A stretch of DNA of 64,000 nucleotides. Origin: Mytilus edulis. Taxonomy: Eukaryota. The notes below the pieces were generated by a model, which worked only from the letters and a program-made list of their open reading frames with translations, searched no databases and was not told the DNA's origin. The stretch lies in NCBI RefSeq assembly GCF_963676685.1, contig NC_092348.1:17236001-17300000 (forward strand), read 5' to 3'. The position numbers and the translations under genes were made by a program. Below are positions 12,968 through 26,728 of the stretch, piece by piece (positions within the stretch are counted from its first letter, which is position 1; each line of letters opens with the position of its first letter).

Positions 12968-14261
12968 TGAACCTTGACCACATAAAATATCTGTTGTCCG
13001 TCAACTTCATTTGTACTTTGTCTGTTAACTTAGCAAATCATTGACTGTATCTTTAAGGTGAGGGAAAGTGTATTATTATGTTGGTATTGCTCCCAGTCCC
13101 TTTTGGTTTTCTGTGGTTCCTTTTTTATCAATGAATTATAATGTGTTAAAGTATTATATATTTAAGCAGTCACACATAACATATAAGACATTTGATGAAA
13201 TTATTAATACCGTAAAATAAATATTCAATATGTTTTTAGCACTAAATGATTTGAATCATATAATAAATATAGGTTAATGAGACGGTGACCACGGTTCTTA
13301 TCGAAAAGGGTCATTAGCTACGAGCAAAGAAAAAAATAGGATATGATTTTGTTTGTTTCAATCATGAATACAAGTGAAATAACGAAATGATAAATAACTT
13401 TCAACATATTTTGTTCAATTTTGTCAAAATAAGCAAAGAAACATAAGTGGAGATTAGTTCACTGGCAAGTGAATGATTCGACCTCATTGAATCCGTATTC
13501 ATATGGCCTTAATTCAAACCATTAGCTAGAGATTGTTTGCGCATGTATAAGTCGTGTTCAACCAATTGTCAACATTTAAAGTGAAACAGAAGTGAACCAT
13601 TTGACTTATTCGATATACAAAAAGTCATTCTTCTACAGGTAAAAAAAACTATTTAAATCATTTTTTAACCTAAAACATGAAATCAAACAGATGTAGAAAA
13701 CTTCAATTGCACGAGATTGCTATTTATTTATATTCATGTTTATGTTTATAGTGGGCTTTGTGACCCATATTTATTTTCGCTTAAACTTTTCGCTTAAACG
13801 ATTCATGACTAGGAGCAGCGGAATACTACTGTAACCAAACGACACCAATAACAAATGAGATTTAATAAACTTACATCAAACAGGTGTCTACAAAATAGGG
13901 CAAGCTCTAAAAGTCTCAAAATAATTAAAACCGAAACGTTAATAATATCAAATTCAATAGGTGACAAAAATATAGAATAGAACAAATACACATTTCTGAC
14001 GAGATTTCTGACTTGGAGTTGGACAAATCTGTATTGACTGGATAATCATTGGTCTGTTCTGTGTTCCTTTTAAATTTCAACCAAAAATGATTAACTGGAT
14101 CATCCATTACTGTATTGGATACCTAAACTACATAACTATCCTTACAGACAACGGTATATTAAAGTTTGGGTCTTCCAAGAGCTCTTCGTGACATCTTTCT
14201 AAATTATTAACACCATTATCAGCAATCAAAGCTGTGCTTTAAAGTTATTGTGCAACTGCCA

Positions 14262-15230
14262 ATTCTAGAGGTGGCGTAAATCAGATGAAGATATTAAAAA
14301 TACCAAAAAAAATTTTAAGTACATACAATTCAAACAACTTTTATATTTAAATAGCATTAAAACCTTTGACTTTTCTACACTTTACACGAGTATTTCCGCA
14401 TTCCAAACTAAAAGACAAATTGAAAGATTTGGTAATGCTTTGTTTCATAAAAAATAATTTCCATATTAGCAACAAGTACCTTTTCTAAATGAGGGTTACA
14501 TTCTACTATGTAAAACAATCACTCGGATTCAAACAAAAATTTATCTGAAACTCACATTAGCAAGCTGCTTGATTTCTTGATCGACAACATATTTGTTATG
14601 TTTCGAGGACGTGGCTTGCAACAAACTATCTGCACTCCCATTTGAACAAACTGTGAACCTCTTCCTGCCGACTTGTTCCTTAATTCTTATGAGGCTTACT
14701 TCAAACGAGACTTCTTAGGAAGAAATATCCTTTAACTTAACTTTCCGCTATATAGATGATGTTCTCTCACTAATTAATTCAAAACTTTGGTGACTATGTT
14801 GAACGCATGTACCCAATCAAATTTGAGATAAAAGATACTTCAGATACAGTTAAGTCTGCATCATATCTTGACTAACATCTAGAATTTGACAATGAGGGTC
14901 GATTGAATTCAAAATTTTACGATAAAAAGAAACGATTTCAGCTTTCAATTGGGAACTTTGCATCAGTCTATAGTTTATATATAAAAATCCAGCAGCGCCT
15001 GCTAACGGAGTATATATCCCCCAATATTCCCGGTCTTATAATTTACTATCATGATTTCATTGATAGAGTGTTGCTGCTCACAAGGAAGTTGCTGAGTCTA
15101 TAGTTTTCTATGTTGTGTTTTGTGTACTATTGTTTGCCTATTTTTCATTTGCTTTTTTAGCCATGGTGTTGTCAGGTTATTTTCAATTGAGGAGTTTGAA
15201 TGTCCCTCTAATATCTCTCGCCCCTTTTGA
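14262..15230 (+). pseudogene. Decayed Penelope-like retroelement reverse transcriptase and 3' tail
   Basis: Motifs SRGGVNQM.ILKN, IKTFDFSTLYT, LIDNIFV, TNC.PL..DLFL.SYE, FRYIDDVLSL, EIKDT.D, KFYDK and PAAPANGVYI occur in order, with stops and frameshifts. Confidence 0.9.
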
Positions 15231-18200
15231 ATTTGTATAACACTTCAAACTCAACCTACACTCTGCTAAAGCTCCATTTGAGGAAAATAACGGTACTAGA
15301 AGATCATACCGTATGAATTTAAACAAGAAAAGGAAAAAGTTTGATGCAAGTACTAGCATAATGAAAACTATGCTAAGACTAGCTTTTTCAAATACTAGTA
15401 CTTGTAGTAACTATAAATACAACTGATAGATATATATCCTGCTATCAAATCATGTCATTCTATATTCGTAGATCGGTGTCTGCATGTCTGTATTTTTCAG
15501 TAGATATCAGGCAAAATATTCCAACCGGAAAAGCCAACAAATCTTTTATTTATATAATATTTGTTAGCTATTTTATTGATAAGTTACATACAGATTCTAC
15601 ATTTAACATGTATGTGATGGTGGGTTCATATGTTTCCTCTCTAAATCTTTTTATTTATAAAAGATAAAGAATGAATAACTACTTATAAAGACTATATGTA
15701 TATAGACCTGATGGGTACATGTATCTTAAAAGCGTCTTTATCAAGTTTAGTCCTAAATTGTGATATCTAACACTAAGTGAATAAATCTGCAGGCGCATAT
15801 AGTCACAGACGACATATGGATTATCTGAAAGGAAGATAATTGTAAAATGAACCGTATTTATGACTTCTAATGTTTCTTTGAATATCCAAATTGTATGCCC
15901 CAAGTTATTGCTGAAAACGAGAGTGTAGCAAATACAGCACACAAGGTCACCCGCAGATTTATCAATAGACCATTTTTATTCAGTTTGATATGAGTTTAAA
16001 TGTGTATTCAACGCTGACACTTTTGTTACTTAAATACTGACTCTCGAGTGGGGGATAAGTGCACTTCCTATATAGCTGGTAGTGCCGCTAAAGTAGGCTA
16101 CCTTTTCAAGCTTCGAAATATGTGAAAAGGTCGGGAAAACTATCTGAAATATATGTTCAATAACAGTAAACGTACCATAACTTCGTCTGTCATCTTTCTT
16201 GGTGTTCCCGGCTTCGATTTTATCAACCAATTTTTCTCACTTTGACGCTTTGCTGTTCCACTTTTATATTACACACCGCCTAAAACCCAAAAAATACAGG
16301 AAAAGGTTACATGTTTACCTATGCAATATATGAAAAGGTATACATTTTAAATTCTTAATTATATGAAAAAGGTGTTGTAACTGAATACCAGCGGCACCCA
16401 TATCAATTAGGTATTGAAGTACCCCCTCCCCTTCCAAGTACCGACTAAAACCATTTCATTTGTAAAAGAGAAATTATAGATATGTGTTTTCTTCTTTTTT
16501 TGAGTTATCATATCAACTTTGGTATTCTGGATGTTAGTGTTTACAGCTAACACTATTGTAAACATCGACCCAGCAGGACAAAAGACAGACATCGAGATAT
16601 ATTACGGTGTTCCCACAATAGACAGGTGCCTAGACAAATTAATCAGGTCCCGGTTATGAATGAATTCAGCAGACCATATACTAAATATCGTTTAACAACA
16701 CCAATAAATATAAAGGACAATCACAATGATGTAGTCTTATTAATAATATAAAGAAAGGAAGATGTGGTACGATTCCTAATGAGACAAATCTTAACTTGAA
16801 ACAAAAGTACGTAGAAGGTTAGCAACTATATGTCACCGTACGGCCTTCAACAATGCGCAAAACCGATACCCAAAGGAAATTTGCAACAGCCCCGAACTAA
16901 CAAATGAATCACAAGTCAAACGGGAAAACTTACGGCCGACTAAACGAAGATGATAAATGAATAAGCTTTCCTTCGGTAAGTTTGTGTTGTTACATCGTTG
17001 AATGATTCACCTAATCGTCCAGTAATAATATGAAGGTCAGTTTGAAACATGATTTTATTCGAAGTCTGCCAAATGCAAATTAAAGCGTCGTAATTGTTAG
17101 TTTAAGGCCGATGAAGTGATGTAATGCAACCAAGCATTTCTACATGACCTTATCGGTACTATTAGCAAATGAGGTGCTTGTAAAAAGTAACAATTTCATT
17201 TTAATAACAGACTGAGCGACATTCAATTAAATTACATGTTTTGGCATTTTTCCGAGCAACATGGGTTAATGGTCAAGATAAGACATAAAGGTCACACTTG
17301 TAAAGGATATCACTAATAATCCAGTATACACTAAGTACATTTAACATAGTTACAATAACATGGCTGTATTCGAGTTCATTAAACGGAAAAGTCATATAAT
17401 ATTGTGTTGTTATGAAACTGCGTTTAATCATGGTATTTATTTCTCAGACTCTAAACGAAATAATCAAAAATTTAACTGCCAATTAACATTAAATTGTACT
17501 TTTTGGAGGGAAGCGATTTTGAGTCTTCAAAATGTTTTATTGTGTAGTTTTATCTTCTCAAAAACATTATACAATGGCATGTATATATGTAAAACGTGTT
17601 AAAGGCAGTACATTTCACTATTCACAATGATACATGTCTGATGGCAATTTTAAACATCGCCTTAATATAATTAAGAAATAACTTTTGATTTTAGGACAAT
17701 AACCTACTTTCAGTAATTAAAAAAGTCAGGACTCCTATAAACTGAATTCTCATTCTTTCGAATTCGGAATGTGTAAAAAACAATTTCCTTTTAAACAATT
17801 TTAAAGTGTATACAAACTATCATCATGTCATTATCATCATTTAGTTTTGTCGGAAGATAATACTTCAGATCATAGAGACGCCTTACAGGTTTCTGTGTCA
17901 TACACAAGGTTTCTTTTTATTCAATTATTTATTACGTTGTTTTCTTTCTTTTTTTCTATTTTTTCTTTATTTTTATTGCTTTAATACAAATGTACTTTAA
18001 CATGTTAAACTTCGAAAGAAATATATTGAGGCGTTTTCAATATATTTACCTAATTTGCGCTGTTTTCTCAGTGAATATTCTATATATATGTTTTTATTTA
18101 TCATATTTATTTTCATTAACACAAGCTTCAGCCTAAAATTTGTCATTTAAAGAACATCAATGGGAATAAAAACACATACATCATTTCCTCTTGGCAAGGT

Positions 18201-19202
18201 TTTGAACAGTATTATTGTTTACTTCTCTATTATAAAACTTTATTAGGAAATTTCGTCCTTTATTTTCGTTCAAAGATTATTTTATGTTTTATTGCATAAC
18301 CATTGTCGTAATATGGATTATGGACACCTATCGGCGTTTTAAATTTAGATCAAAAGAAATAATTTTCCTCAAATACGATAAAATGTAAGCTGAGGATCTG
18401 ACACACAACATCGTTTGTCAGCCTTATATTTTTTTACCATCATATTTATTTCTCTTTTATACTTTGTGACAAAATATCTTTTTGGTAAGGCTGTTTCTAA
18501 TTGTTTAACTCTTGTTTTTAAGTGTATGGATTAAAAATGATAAATGAGAAAATAAATTCGTTCGTTCATTTTCCCTCCCATCTATCGTTTGACTCAGCAA
18601 CTGCTTCCGTCTGCTTCCCGCAATTTTCTTTAACATTTTCTTCGTTAAGGTGAAATTTCAGGAAATACTCATGAGTATCTGCAAGAATCACTTATGAGAA
18701 TGTAATGACATTTCTCAGAATTTTTACCATATATTTCAATTGTGCACCTTTTTGTTTTATTTTTTAACCGAATTATGTTGCTGTTTTTTTTAAACCAAAC
18801 TAAACTTTACTCATGAGGTATCCTTTTTTTGTGTGTTATACCGCTATAAAACACACTTATGAATTCGTTGACTTAACCTTGACCACATAAAATATCCGTT
18901 GTCAGTCAACTAAAGTTGTACTTTGTACGTTACCTTAGCAAATCTTTGACTGCATCTTTTAGGTGAGGGAAAGTGTATTATTATGATGGCATTGCTCCCA
19001 GTACCTCTTAGTTTTCTTTTGTTCCTTTTTTATCAAACAGATGATGTATTAATTTTGGATGGATTTAGGCAGCCATACATAAAATAAAGGCATTTGTAAA
19101 ATTAGCACTACCGCAAAATACATATTTAATATGTTATAAGCAGTCAATGATTTGAATCAAATAATAAATATAGGTTAATGGGATGGTGACATCGGTTCTT
19201 TT

Positions 19203-19363
19203 CAGAGGCGGATTTAGGGGGGGCAGGGGGTCAGGCCCCCCCCCCTTTTTTTGAGAAACATTTGGTTGCTTATATAGGGAATCACTGAAGCGTGACTGGA
19301 GCGGGCCCCCTCTTAGGTCAGTCAGTGGGCCCCCACTTATGAAAATTTCTGGATCCGCCACTG
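19203..19363. mobile_element. 161-bp MITE with 5-bp TSD
   Basis: TIRs are CAGAGGCGGATTTAG and CTGGATCCGCCACTG. The TSD is ctttt (19198-19202, 19364-19368). It is absent at the paralogous site near 13297. Confidence 0.9.
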
Positions 19364-21024
19364 CTTTTCGTAAAGGAGCATAAGTTGCGAGAAAACAAAA
19401 TAGGATATGATTTTGTTTGTTTCAATCATAAATACAAGTGAAATAATGAAATAACAAATAATGGTACAATTTTGTCAAAATAAGCAAAGATACATCAGTG
19501 GTGATTATTTCATTGTCAAGTGAATAGGTTGGCCTCTATGAAAACTATCAACTGAATTTTATTAAAAATAAAGTTATCTTACTGACAAAGTTGTAAGATG
19601 CAAGATATAAAACCTAATATAAAAGGTCCTTAAAATTACATAAAAGAAAACTTGATTTTAGAGAAACATATTTCTTCAAAATACTTAAATGTGGAAGAAC
19701 ACAACTTGTACTGAAACCCCTGGGCTAAGGTCATTTAAACATGTATGTATATGAGCATTTGAAATTATTTGTATTCTGTTTTACCATACCATATGTATGC
19801 TCATATATTTCTTGCACTATTATTACTATATTTATGAAAATGTTATTACTATACTTAATCCATAGATTTCTAAATGTTAGTTCATAGAATGCTTATTATG
19901 ATTATTTATTATATTTGCTTGTTTATTGTGCCACAAGATAAATATATGTTGATACTTCATGAAGAAAAAAAAAGTTATAAAAAAAACAATAACTCGAACT
20001 CATTGAATCCGTATTCATATTATTTTCAATTTAAACCATTAGCACGAGATTGTGTGCGCATGTATTAGTCGTGTTCAACCAATAGTCAACATTTAAAGTG
20101 AAACAGAAGGGCACCATTTGACTTATTCGATACACAAAAAATCATTCATATACAGGTAAAAGATAATTAACACATGTTTAAACCTATAACATGAAATCAA
20201 ACAGATGTAGGAAAATTCAATTGTACGAGGTTGCTCTCAATGTATTTCCACGTTTATGTTTATAGTGGGCTATGTGACCCATACATGTTTTCGCTTAATC
20301 GATTTATGACTATGAGTAGCGGTATACAACTGTTACCAAACAACACAAATAACAAATGAGATTTAATAAACTTTTTAGTTTTCGAACACAAAACACAGGT
20401 GTTTACACACTGTGGCAAGCACTAGAGTCTTGAAAAGATTTAAACTGAAACGTTATTTATATCAAAATTCAATAGATGCCAAAAAAATAGAATATGACAA
20501 TACACATTTCTGACGAGATTTCTTACTTGGAGATAGACAAATCAGTATTGACTTGATAATCATTGAACTGTTCCAAGTTCCTTTTGAATTTCAACCAAAT
20601 ATGATTAACAGGACCATCATTTACTGTATAGGACACATAAACTACATAAGTGTTTTAACAAACAACGGTTTATTGCTGGGTCTTCCAAGTACTCTACGAA
20701 ATCTCTTTCTAAAGTATTTACATTAATTGTATTAGCAATCAATGCCGGGCTTCAAGTTAATTTCAAACGGCCTATTCTAGAGGTAACGTGAATCAGAGTA
20801 CGTGAATTATAGTACATACAATATACAATCAAAGACTCTTCAATCTTGCAATAGTCTGTAAACATTGTAATTTCTAAACTTTACACACGTATTCCCCATT
20901 CCAAACTAATAGACACATTAAAAGAATTGGTACTGCTGTGTTTCATTAAAAATAATGGTCAAAGTAGATACAATTATCAGCTGTGGCCCCTCTTATTGTA
21001 GACTTGTTTCTTTTTTCTAATGAG

Positions 21025-23510
21025 GCTGAGGATTTTGAAAATAAATAACTCAGCCTTGATAATCACAAAAATAAATGGTTTGTTCTGTGGTAGTTTGGAA
21101 ATAAATTACCTGACTAGCAATGTATTGAAAATAAATAACTCAGCAGGTCTAATCAAAAGTATAAGATGGCACCAGATTCTTCATATATTAATTTTTTCCA
21201 AAAAAAATCGGGAAATACTTCCCAATTTTATTAATAATAAAAGTATAAATATTATTTAAATATACTTGAAATGTCTGAAAATTGGTTTCATTTAACTTGA
21301 GGTATATTGTCTCAGGAAACCTTACCTCACTTTTATTTTAACCGGGCCGTAACTATGCCTCATGCAGGTAATTTCAAAATAAATGCTTGTCTCCATATCA
21401 AATTTTGTTCACGGCGTGTGCCTTGCAAGAAGCGAGTTCTGTTTTCCCTCAGACGTAGCCCTGATTTTTCGGGATCAATGTTTCTTATTTATTTCTCTTT
21501 TGTTCATTGATTGCCCTTCTGTATTCTGTTAGTGTTGCATTCCTTTTCTAATCTAGTAATTTTGTTATGAACTTGATCATGAGTTTAAAAAAAAACAGCA
21601 GTCACAGACTTAACTATGTGAATTCCAATTTTGCTAAATCATGCACATTAGTCTTTTGATGTTGTCCCTAGAAACTTAAGTCTTATACTGGATTTATACA
21701 TTTTGCTTTGAGACCAACATATTTTGCAACCAGGTGCTCCGCAGGGTGCAGCTTTATACAACCGCAGAAGTCAACCCTGAACAGTTGGGGCAAGTATGGA
21801 CACAACATTCAAGCTTGATACAGCTCTGAATTTGGATTTGAATTTGAATTTTTGACATAATATGAGTTTCTGAAACAAAACAAATGTCAAAATCTTACAA
21901 ATCTATTGCGCGATATTGTGCAATCAAAGATTTCTTCTTTTAACTTTTCAAAAACTTGGAATTTGAGAAATTTGAAAAATAACCAACTACCACACCCCCC
22001 CCCCTTTTTGCAATTAGTCCAAAACCTAACATTTCTTTATACATGATATACAAGTAGTGTAAGGGAGGTAAATCCGAACATACCCAAAATTGTATGTTAA
22101 ATGTTTTAGAATTACCTCCTTTACACTGCTTTTAAATTGTCTTAATTGTCCATTGACCAGAAATACCTAGTTTTTCCCCTCTTATGCCCGTAATTCCGAT
22201 ACATTTTGAGCCATAACCCTCCCCCCCCCCCCCCCCCCCCCCTCAAAAAAAATTAAATAAAAGTCAATACTGACCATCCCTTCATGGTGTGGAAGCTTGT
22301 GGGTTAGTTTGAGAGAGATTCAAAGACTTAAACACAAGTTAAAACTACAAAAATGATTATTTAAGGCCCCCTTTTTGGCCTTTAATTCCTAAAGTATTGG
22401 GACCATAACCCCCAAAATCAATCCCAACCTTCCTTTGGTGGTATTGAACCTTCTTGTAAAAATTTATAGAGATCAATACACAAGTTATTGTCTTTTAACT
22501 AGAAAAATGCTTCTTTTTGGGCCCATTTTGGCCCCTTTTTCCTACATATTCGAGAAAATTGAGCCCACACTGAATCCTAACCTTCCCTGTGTTATATGTT
22601 AACTTGTGGTACAATGTCAGAGAGATCATACAGTTACACACAAGTAATTGTCTTGAAACTAGAAAAATGCTTGTTTTGGTCCCTTTTTGGCCCTTAATTC
22701 CTAGACTGTTACCCCTATAACCCCTTAAAATAAATCCAAACATTCTACTTATGGTATTAAACAGTGTGGTATAATTTTTGAACAATTGAAATACTAATAC
22801 ACAACTTTTTGTCCTGAAACTAGATAAATGCTGTGTTTGGCCCCTTTGTGCCCTTAATTCCTAAACCTTTGGAACCATAACCCCCGAAATCAATCCCAAG
22901 CTTCCTTTTATTATTATTAACATTGCGTAAAAATTTTATTGATTTCTTTTTACTTATTCAAAAGTTATTATCCGGAAACAATCTGTCTTCGGACGACGTT
23001 GACGACGACGACGACGTGATACCAATATACGACCAAATTTTTTATAATTTTTGCGGTTGTATAAAAATTAATGAAACAAAACTTGCATTTTCAGATTATG
23101 AAAGGGTCTTCGGAACACCCAGAAAGCATGATTTTGCATCATTTGTTCTATATCTTCTTTCGCCTTCAGTGGTTCCAAAACCCTTCAAAAAAAAAATTCC
23201 CTCGCTCCGCTCGACAGAGAAGGAGGATGAATTCTCTTTAAATGGTACATAATGACTTGACTAAACATGTTTTATTTATAATAAACAAATCATTTAAAAA
23301 TTGTATGTTTTCGAATATCATAAATATAGTTGTGAAAATGAATAATCAGTCTCTTGCTTAAATGAAAATGAAAAATCTTGCTTCAATAGTGCAGAAAATT
23401 AATAATCTTTCCTCTTAGTTTACAAAATAAATAACCGATCAAAAACAAATACTCCTGCCGCCACCCCCCCCCCCCCCCCCCCCCTAGAATATCAAATGAT
23501 CATCCCCTTA
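21025..23510. mobile_element. Composite insertion (DNA-transposon-like shell with nested element) splitting the Penelope-like remnant of copy 2
   Basis: Absent from copy 1. It has repeated aaaataaataac.c motifs near both ends, and the right end is a C-run followed by atcaaatgatcatcccctta. Confidence 0.55.
21731..23068 (+). mobile_element. Helentron/HINE-type non-autonomous element with internal ~155-160 bp tandem repeats
   Basis: Units with ggcccc..ttaattcct...cataacccc...aatcccaacctt recur near 22170, 22365, 22520, 22680 and 22840. A (GAC)n microsatellite at 22992-23016 is followed by the terminal palindrome tatacgacc...ggttgtata and an A-run. Confidence 0.7.
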
Positions 23511-24919
23511 TGCCATATAAATTATGCTTTCTCACTTATTAATTTTAATTTGTGTTCCCATCCGAATTGGAATAAAGGATACTACAGATACTGTTTAGTC
23601 TTTCTCTATCTTTGCTAACATATAGAAAAATTTACAATTAGGGTCGGTTAAAAGCAAAATTTCACGATTAAAAAGATGATTTCAGCTTCTCAATTTTGAA
23701 CCATCACGAGTTGGTTGAATGTTATAGAATATCCGTTTCACTGACGATAGTAAATATTTTCCTAATGTCGTAAGTACTATCCCGTCTCCTTTTCATATAT
23801 TATGTGATCTACAGATTGTTTTTCTCCTTTTTTTTTTTGCCATGGCATTGTCAGTTTATTTTCGATTTCTGAGTTTCAATATCCATCAGGTATCATTCAC
23901 TACTCGTGAAATGGGACCACACATTGAACTGAAACTTCACCTTGCTAAAGCTCCATTCGAGGATAAACAACGGTATGAAAAGAGCATACCGTAGTTAGTA
24001 CAAGATAAGTACTTAACACTCTATTTTATAACGAAATGATACATATTAAGTTTAATAAAAGTATTAAATCTCAAGGTGCATATAGTCACAGACGGCATAT
24101 GCAATATCTAGAAGGAAGATGAATTTTAAATCAACCATACTTATGACTTTTTATATTTCTATGCATATCTAAATTCTATACAAAATGGTATTGCTGAAAA
24201 CGAGAGTGTAACAACTACAGCACATAAGGTCGAACGCAGATTTACCGATAGACCTTTTTATTCAGGTTATTAAGGAGATTCCTTCTTTTTTAAGGTATTA
24301 TAAATCAATTTCAACTTTGGTATTATGGATATAAGTATGTACAGCTAACACTTTTGTAAAGCACAAACGACAAATATACAGATATATTACGGTGTTCCCA
24401 CAATAGGCAGGTGTTTAGACAAATTAATCAGGCCCCCGTTGTGAATGAATTCAGCAGACAATATACCAAATATCGTTCAACAACACCAATAAATCTAAAG
24501 GACAATCACAATGATGTAGTCTTATCAATAATATAAAGAAAGGAAGTTGTGGTATGATATCTAATGAGACAAATCTTCACTTGAAACAAAATTGCGTAGA
24601 AGGTTAGCAGGTATATGTCACCGTATGGCCTTCAACAATGCGCAAAACCGATACCCAAAGGAAATTTTCATCAGCCCCGAACTAACAAATGAATCACAAT
24701 TGAAACGGTAAAATTAACGGCCGACTAAACGAAGATGATAACTGGATAAGCTTTTCTTCGGTAAGTTTGTGTTGTTACATCGTTGAATGATTCACGTATA
24801 TAATCGTCCAGTGATAATAAGAAGGTCCGTTTGAAACATGATTTCAATCGAAGTCTGCCAAATGTAAATTAATGCGTCGTTATTGTAAGTTTAATGCCGA
24901 CGAAGTGAATGTAATGCAA

Positions 24920-25703
24920 TTTACATCCCAGCTCCTTTGTTCTAACAGGGGTGATCTGAGCCGGATCACCCCTGCCAGATCACCCTAGTTTGAGTTTCTT
25001 TGTTATGCATGCTTTCCTTTGTTCTGTAACATTTTGGCGGGAATGTCAAATCCACTATAAAACTTATAATTAATTTTACGGAAAAGACTATCTATCAAAA
25101 TTCACGTAGAAAAAATCCAGTGGATATGCTGGGATTCGAACTCAAGACCTTTAGCATATCAAGCAACGACACATACCACTACACCAGGACGACTGGATAC
25201 GAAATAATAGTAATTTGACATACTTAAAGGAAGCAAGATATTTTTATAAGTGGGGCGAGTTGTAAAACCTTTATTCAGTGGAGTTTTAACCTTTTACGTT
25301 AATTTGTGAGTTTTCAGACTGATTGTTCAATTTGATTTTACACTTTTTCAAAGTGGGGCAAGTCGGTAAACAAGATTGGGACGATAATTTTATAAAGTGG
25401 CGGTATAGTGTGGGCCGATTGGCAAGTGGGGCGAGTTGACATTGTTTGATATCTACTCATCGTGTTTGGGGGTCAAAAAGGGTATACATCATATAGTAAT
25501 ATATAAAGTATATTGTTATGGTTGTGTGGCGTTCTAAACTAGATTTTATGAATTGTAAATGGTTTTTCGTCTAATCTAAAACAGCTGGGATGTAAAATAG
25601 TTATCCCAGTCGGACTTGGTGTGTCAGTGTTAGATCACCCTCTGGCCTCCGGCCATCGGGGTGATCTTACACTGACACACCGCGTCCTTATGGGATAACT
25701 ATT
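24920..25703. mobile_element. Hairpin-ended element (Crypton-like architecture)
   Basis: The inverted pair tttacatcccagct (24920-24933) / agctgggatgtaaa (25583-25596) abuts a ~108-nt palindrome (25596-25703). It is absent from both paralogous copies and has no clear TSD. The superfamily is inferred. Confidence 0.65.
25121..25193 (-). other. tRNA-like cassette (Pol III A and B boxes) inside the hairpin-ended element
   Basis: The minus strand has TGGTGTAGTGG (A box) and GAGTTCGAATCC (B box) at tRNA spacing. The acceptor stem pairs poorly. Confidence 0.65.
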
Positions 25704-26728
25704 AAAGAGCATTTCTACATGACCTTATAGATACTATTTTATTAGCAAATGAGGTGCTTGTAAAAAGTAACAATTTCATTTCAATAACATACTAAGCGAC
25801 ATTCAGTTAAATTGCATGTTGGCATTTTTCCAAGCAGAATTGGTTAGTGGTCAAGGTAAGACATAAAGGTCAAGCTTGTGGTTGGTTTACAAAGGATATC
25901 ACAAATAATCCGGTATACAATAAGTAACACAGTTACAATAACATGGCTGTATTCGAGTTCATTAAATTGCAATGTAATAAAATATTGTGTTGTAATGAAA
26001 CTGCTTTTAATAATGGTATTTATTTCTCAGACCCTAAAAGAAATAGTAATTGCTTTATTATAAGCAAACACCTTTCACTGCCAATTAATATTAAATTTTA
26101 CTTTTTGGAGGGAAGCGCTATTTTGAAGTTTTATCTTCTCAATAACATACCATGACATGTAAAACGCCTTAAAGGCAGTACATTTGCAATATTCACAGTA
26201 GTACATGTCTGATGGCAATATAAACATCTCCTATTTTATATTTAAAGTTACGATCAAATAAACTTCTTTTGCGATCAAGTCTGTTTGTAAATAATTATAT
26301 TGGATCAACTTTCAATTGTCTGATTCTCTCGTTATAATACTTTGTGGAAAAGCCTTTTTTTCAAAATAGATAATATTCTATAAGAAGTTACGGTACTCAA
26401 TATTTTCAAATACAATATTGGTTTTGTGTATACACTGAATATTTGACGATTATTATAGTCTCCAAAAGTCTGGTCGTGGAATCACAATCCGGAATCCATT
26501 ATCGCAAAATGCTACTTATCACATACTTTTACCTGATAGGAGTAAAACAATAAACTGTGCAATGGCATGTATAGGAGCATATTTTTTTTAACTGTTTTCT
26601 TTTCCAGATCATCGATACCCATCCCCAGTGTTTGGTAGGGTTCGTGTTGGTCATTATCATGCATATCTTTGTATAGTGCTTCAAACTTCGCGCGTTTAAC
26701 ATGATATTTATATCAATATGATATGTAA

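Larger units (their letters stand above)
11375..18080 (+). repeat. Segmental tandem duplication, copy 1 (~6.7 kb)
   Basis: Collinear with 18085-28030. Anchors: 11405/18115, 13485/20000, 14265/20775, 15265/23943, 16600/24385, 17693/27662. Confidence 0.95.

Noticed and set aside
16545-16660. Exon-like frame ANTIVNIDPAGQKTDIEIYYGVPTIDRCLDKLIRSRL
   Set aside because: The paralogue near 24345 has a 13-nt frame-breaking deletion, and no homology was recognised.
22217-23484. Long C-runs as functional G-quadruplex elements
   Set aside because: They are homopolymer tracts inside transposon sequence, prone to slippage and sequencing error.
25121-25193. Functional tRNA-Ile(GAU) gene
   Set aside because: The acceptor and anticodon stems pair poorly, and the sequence lies inside a mobile element.
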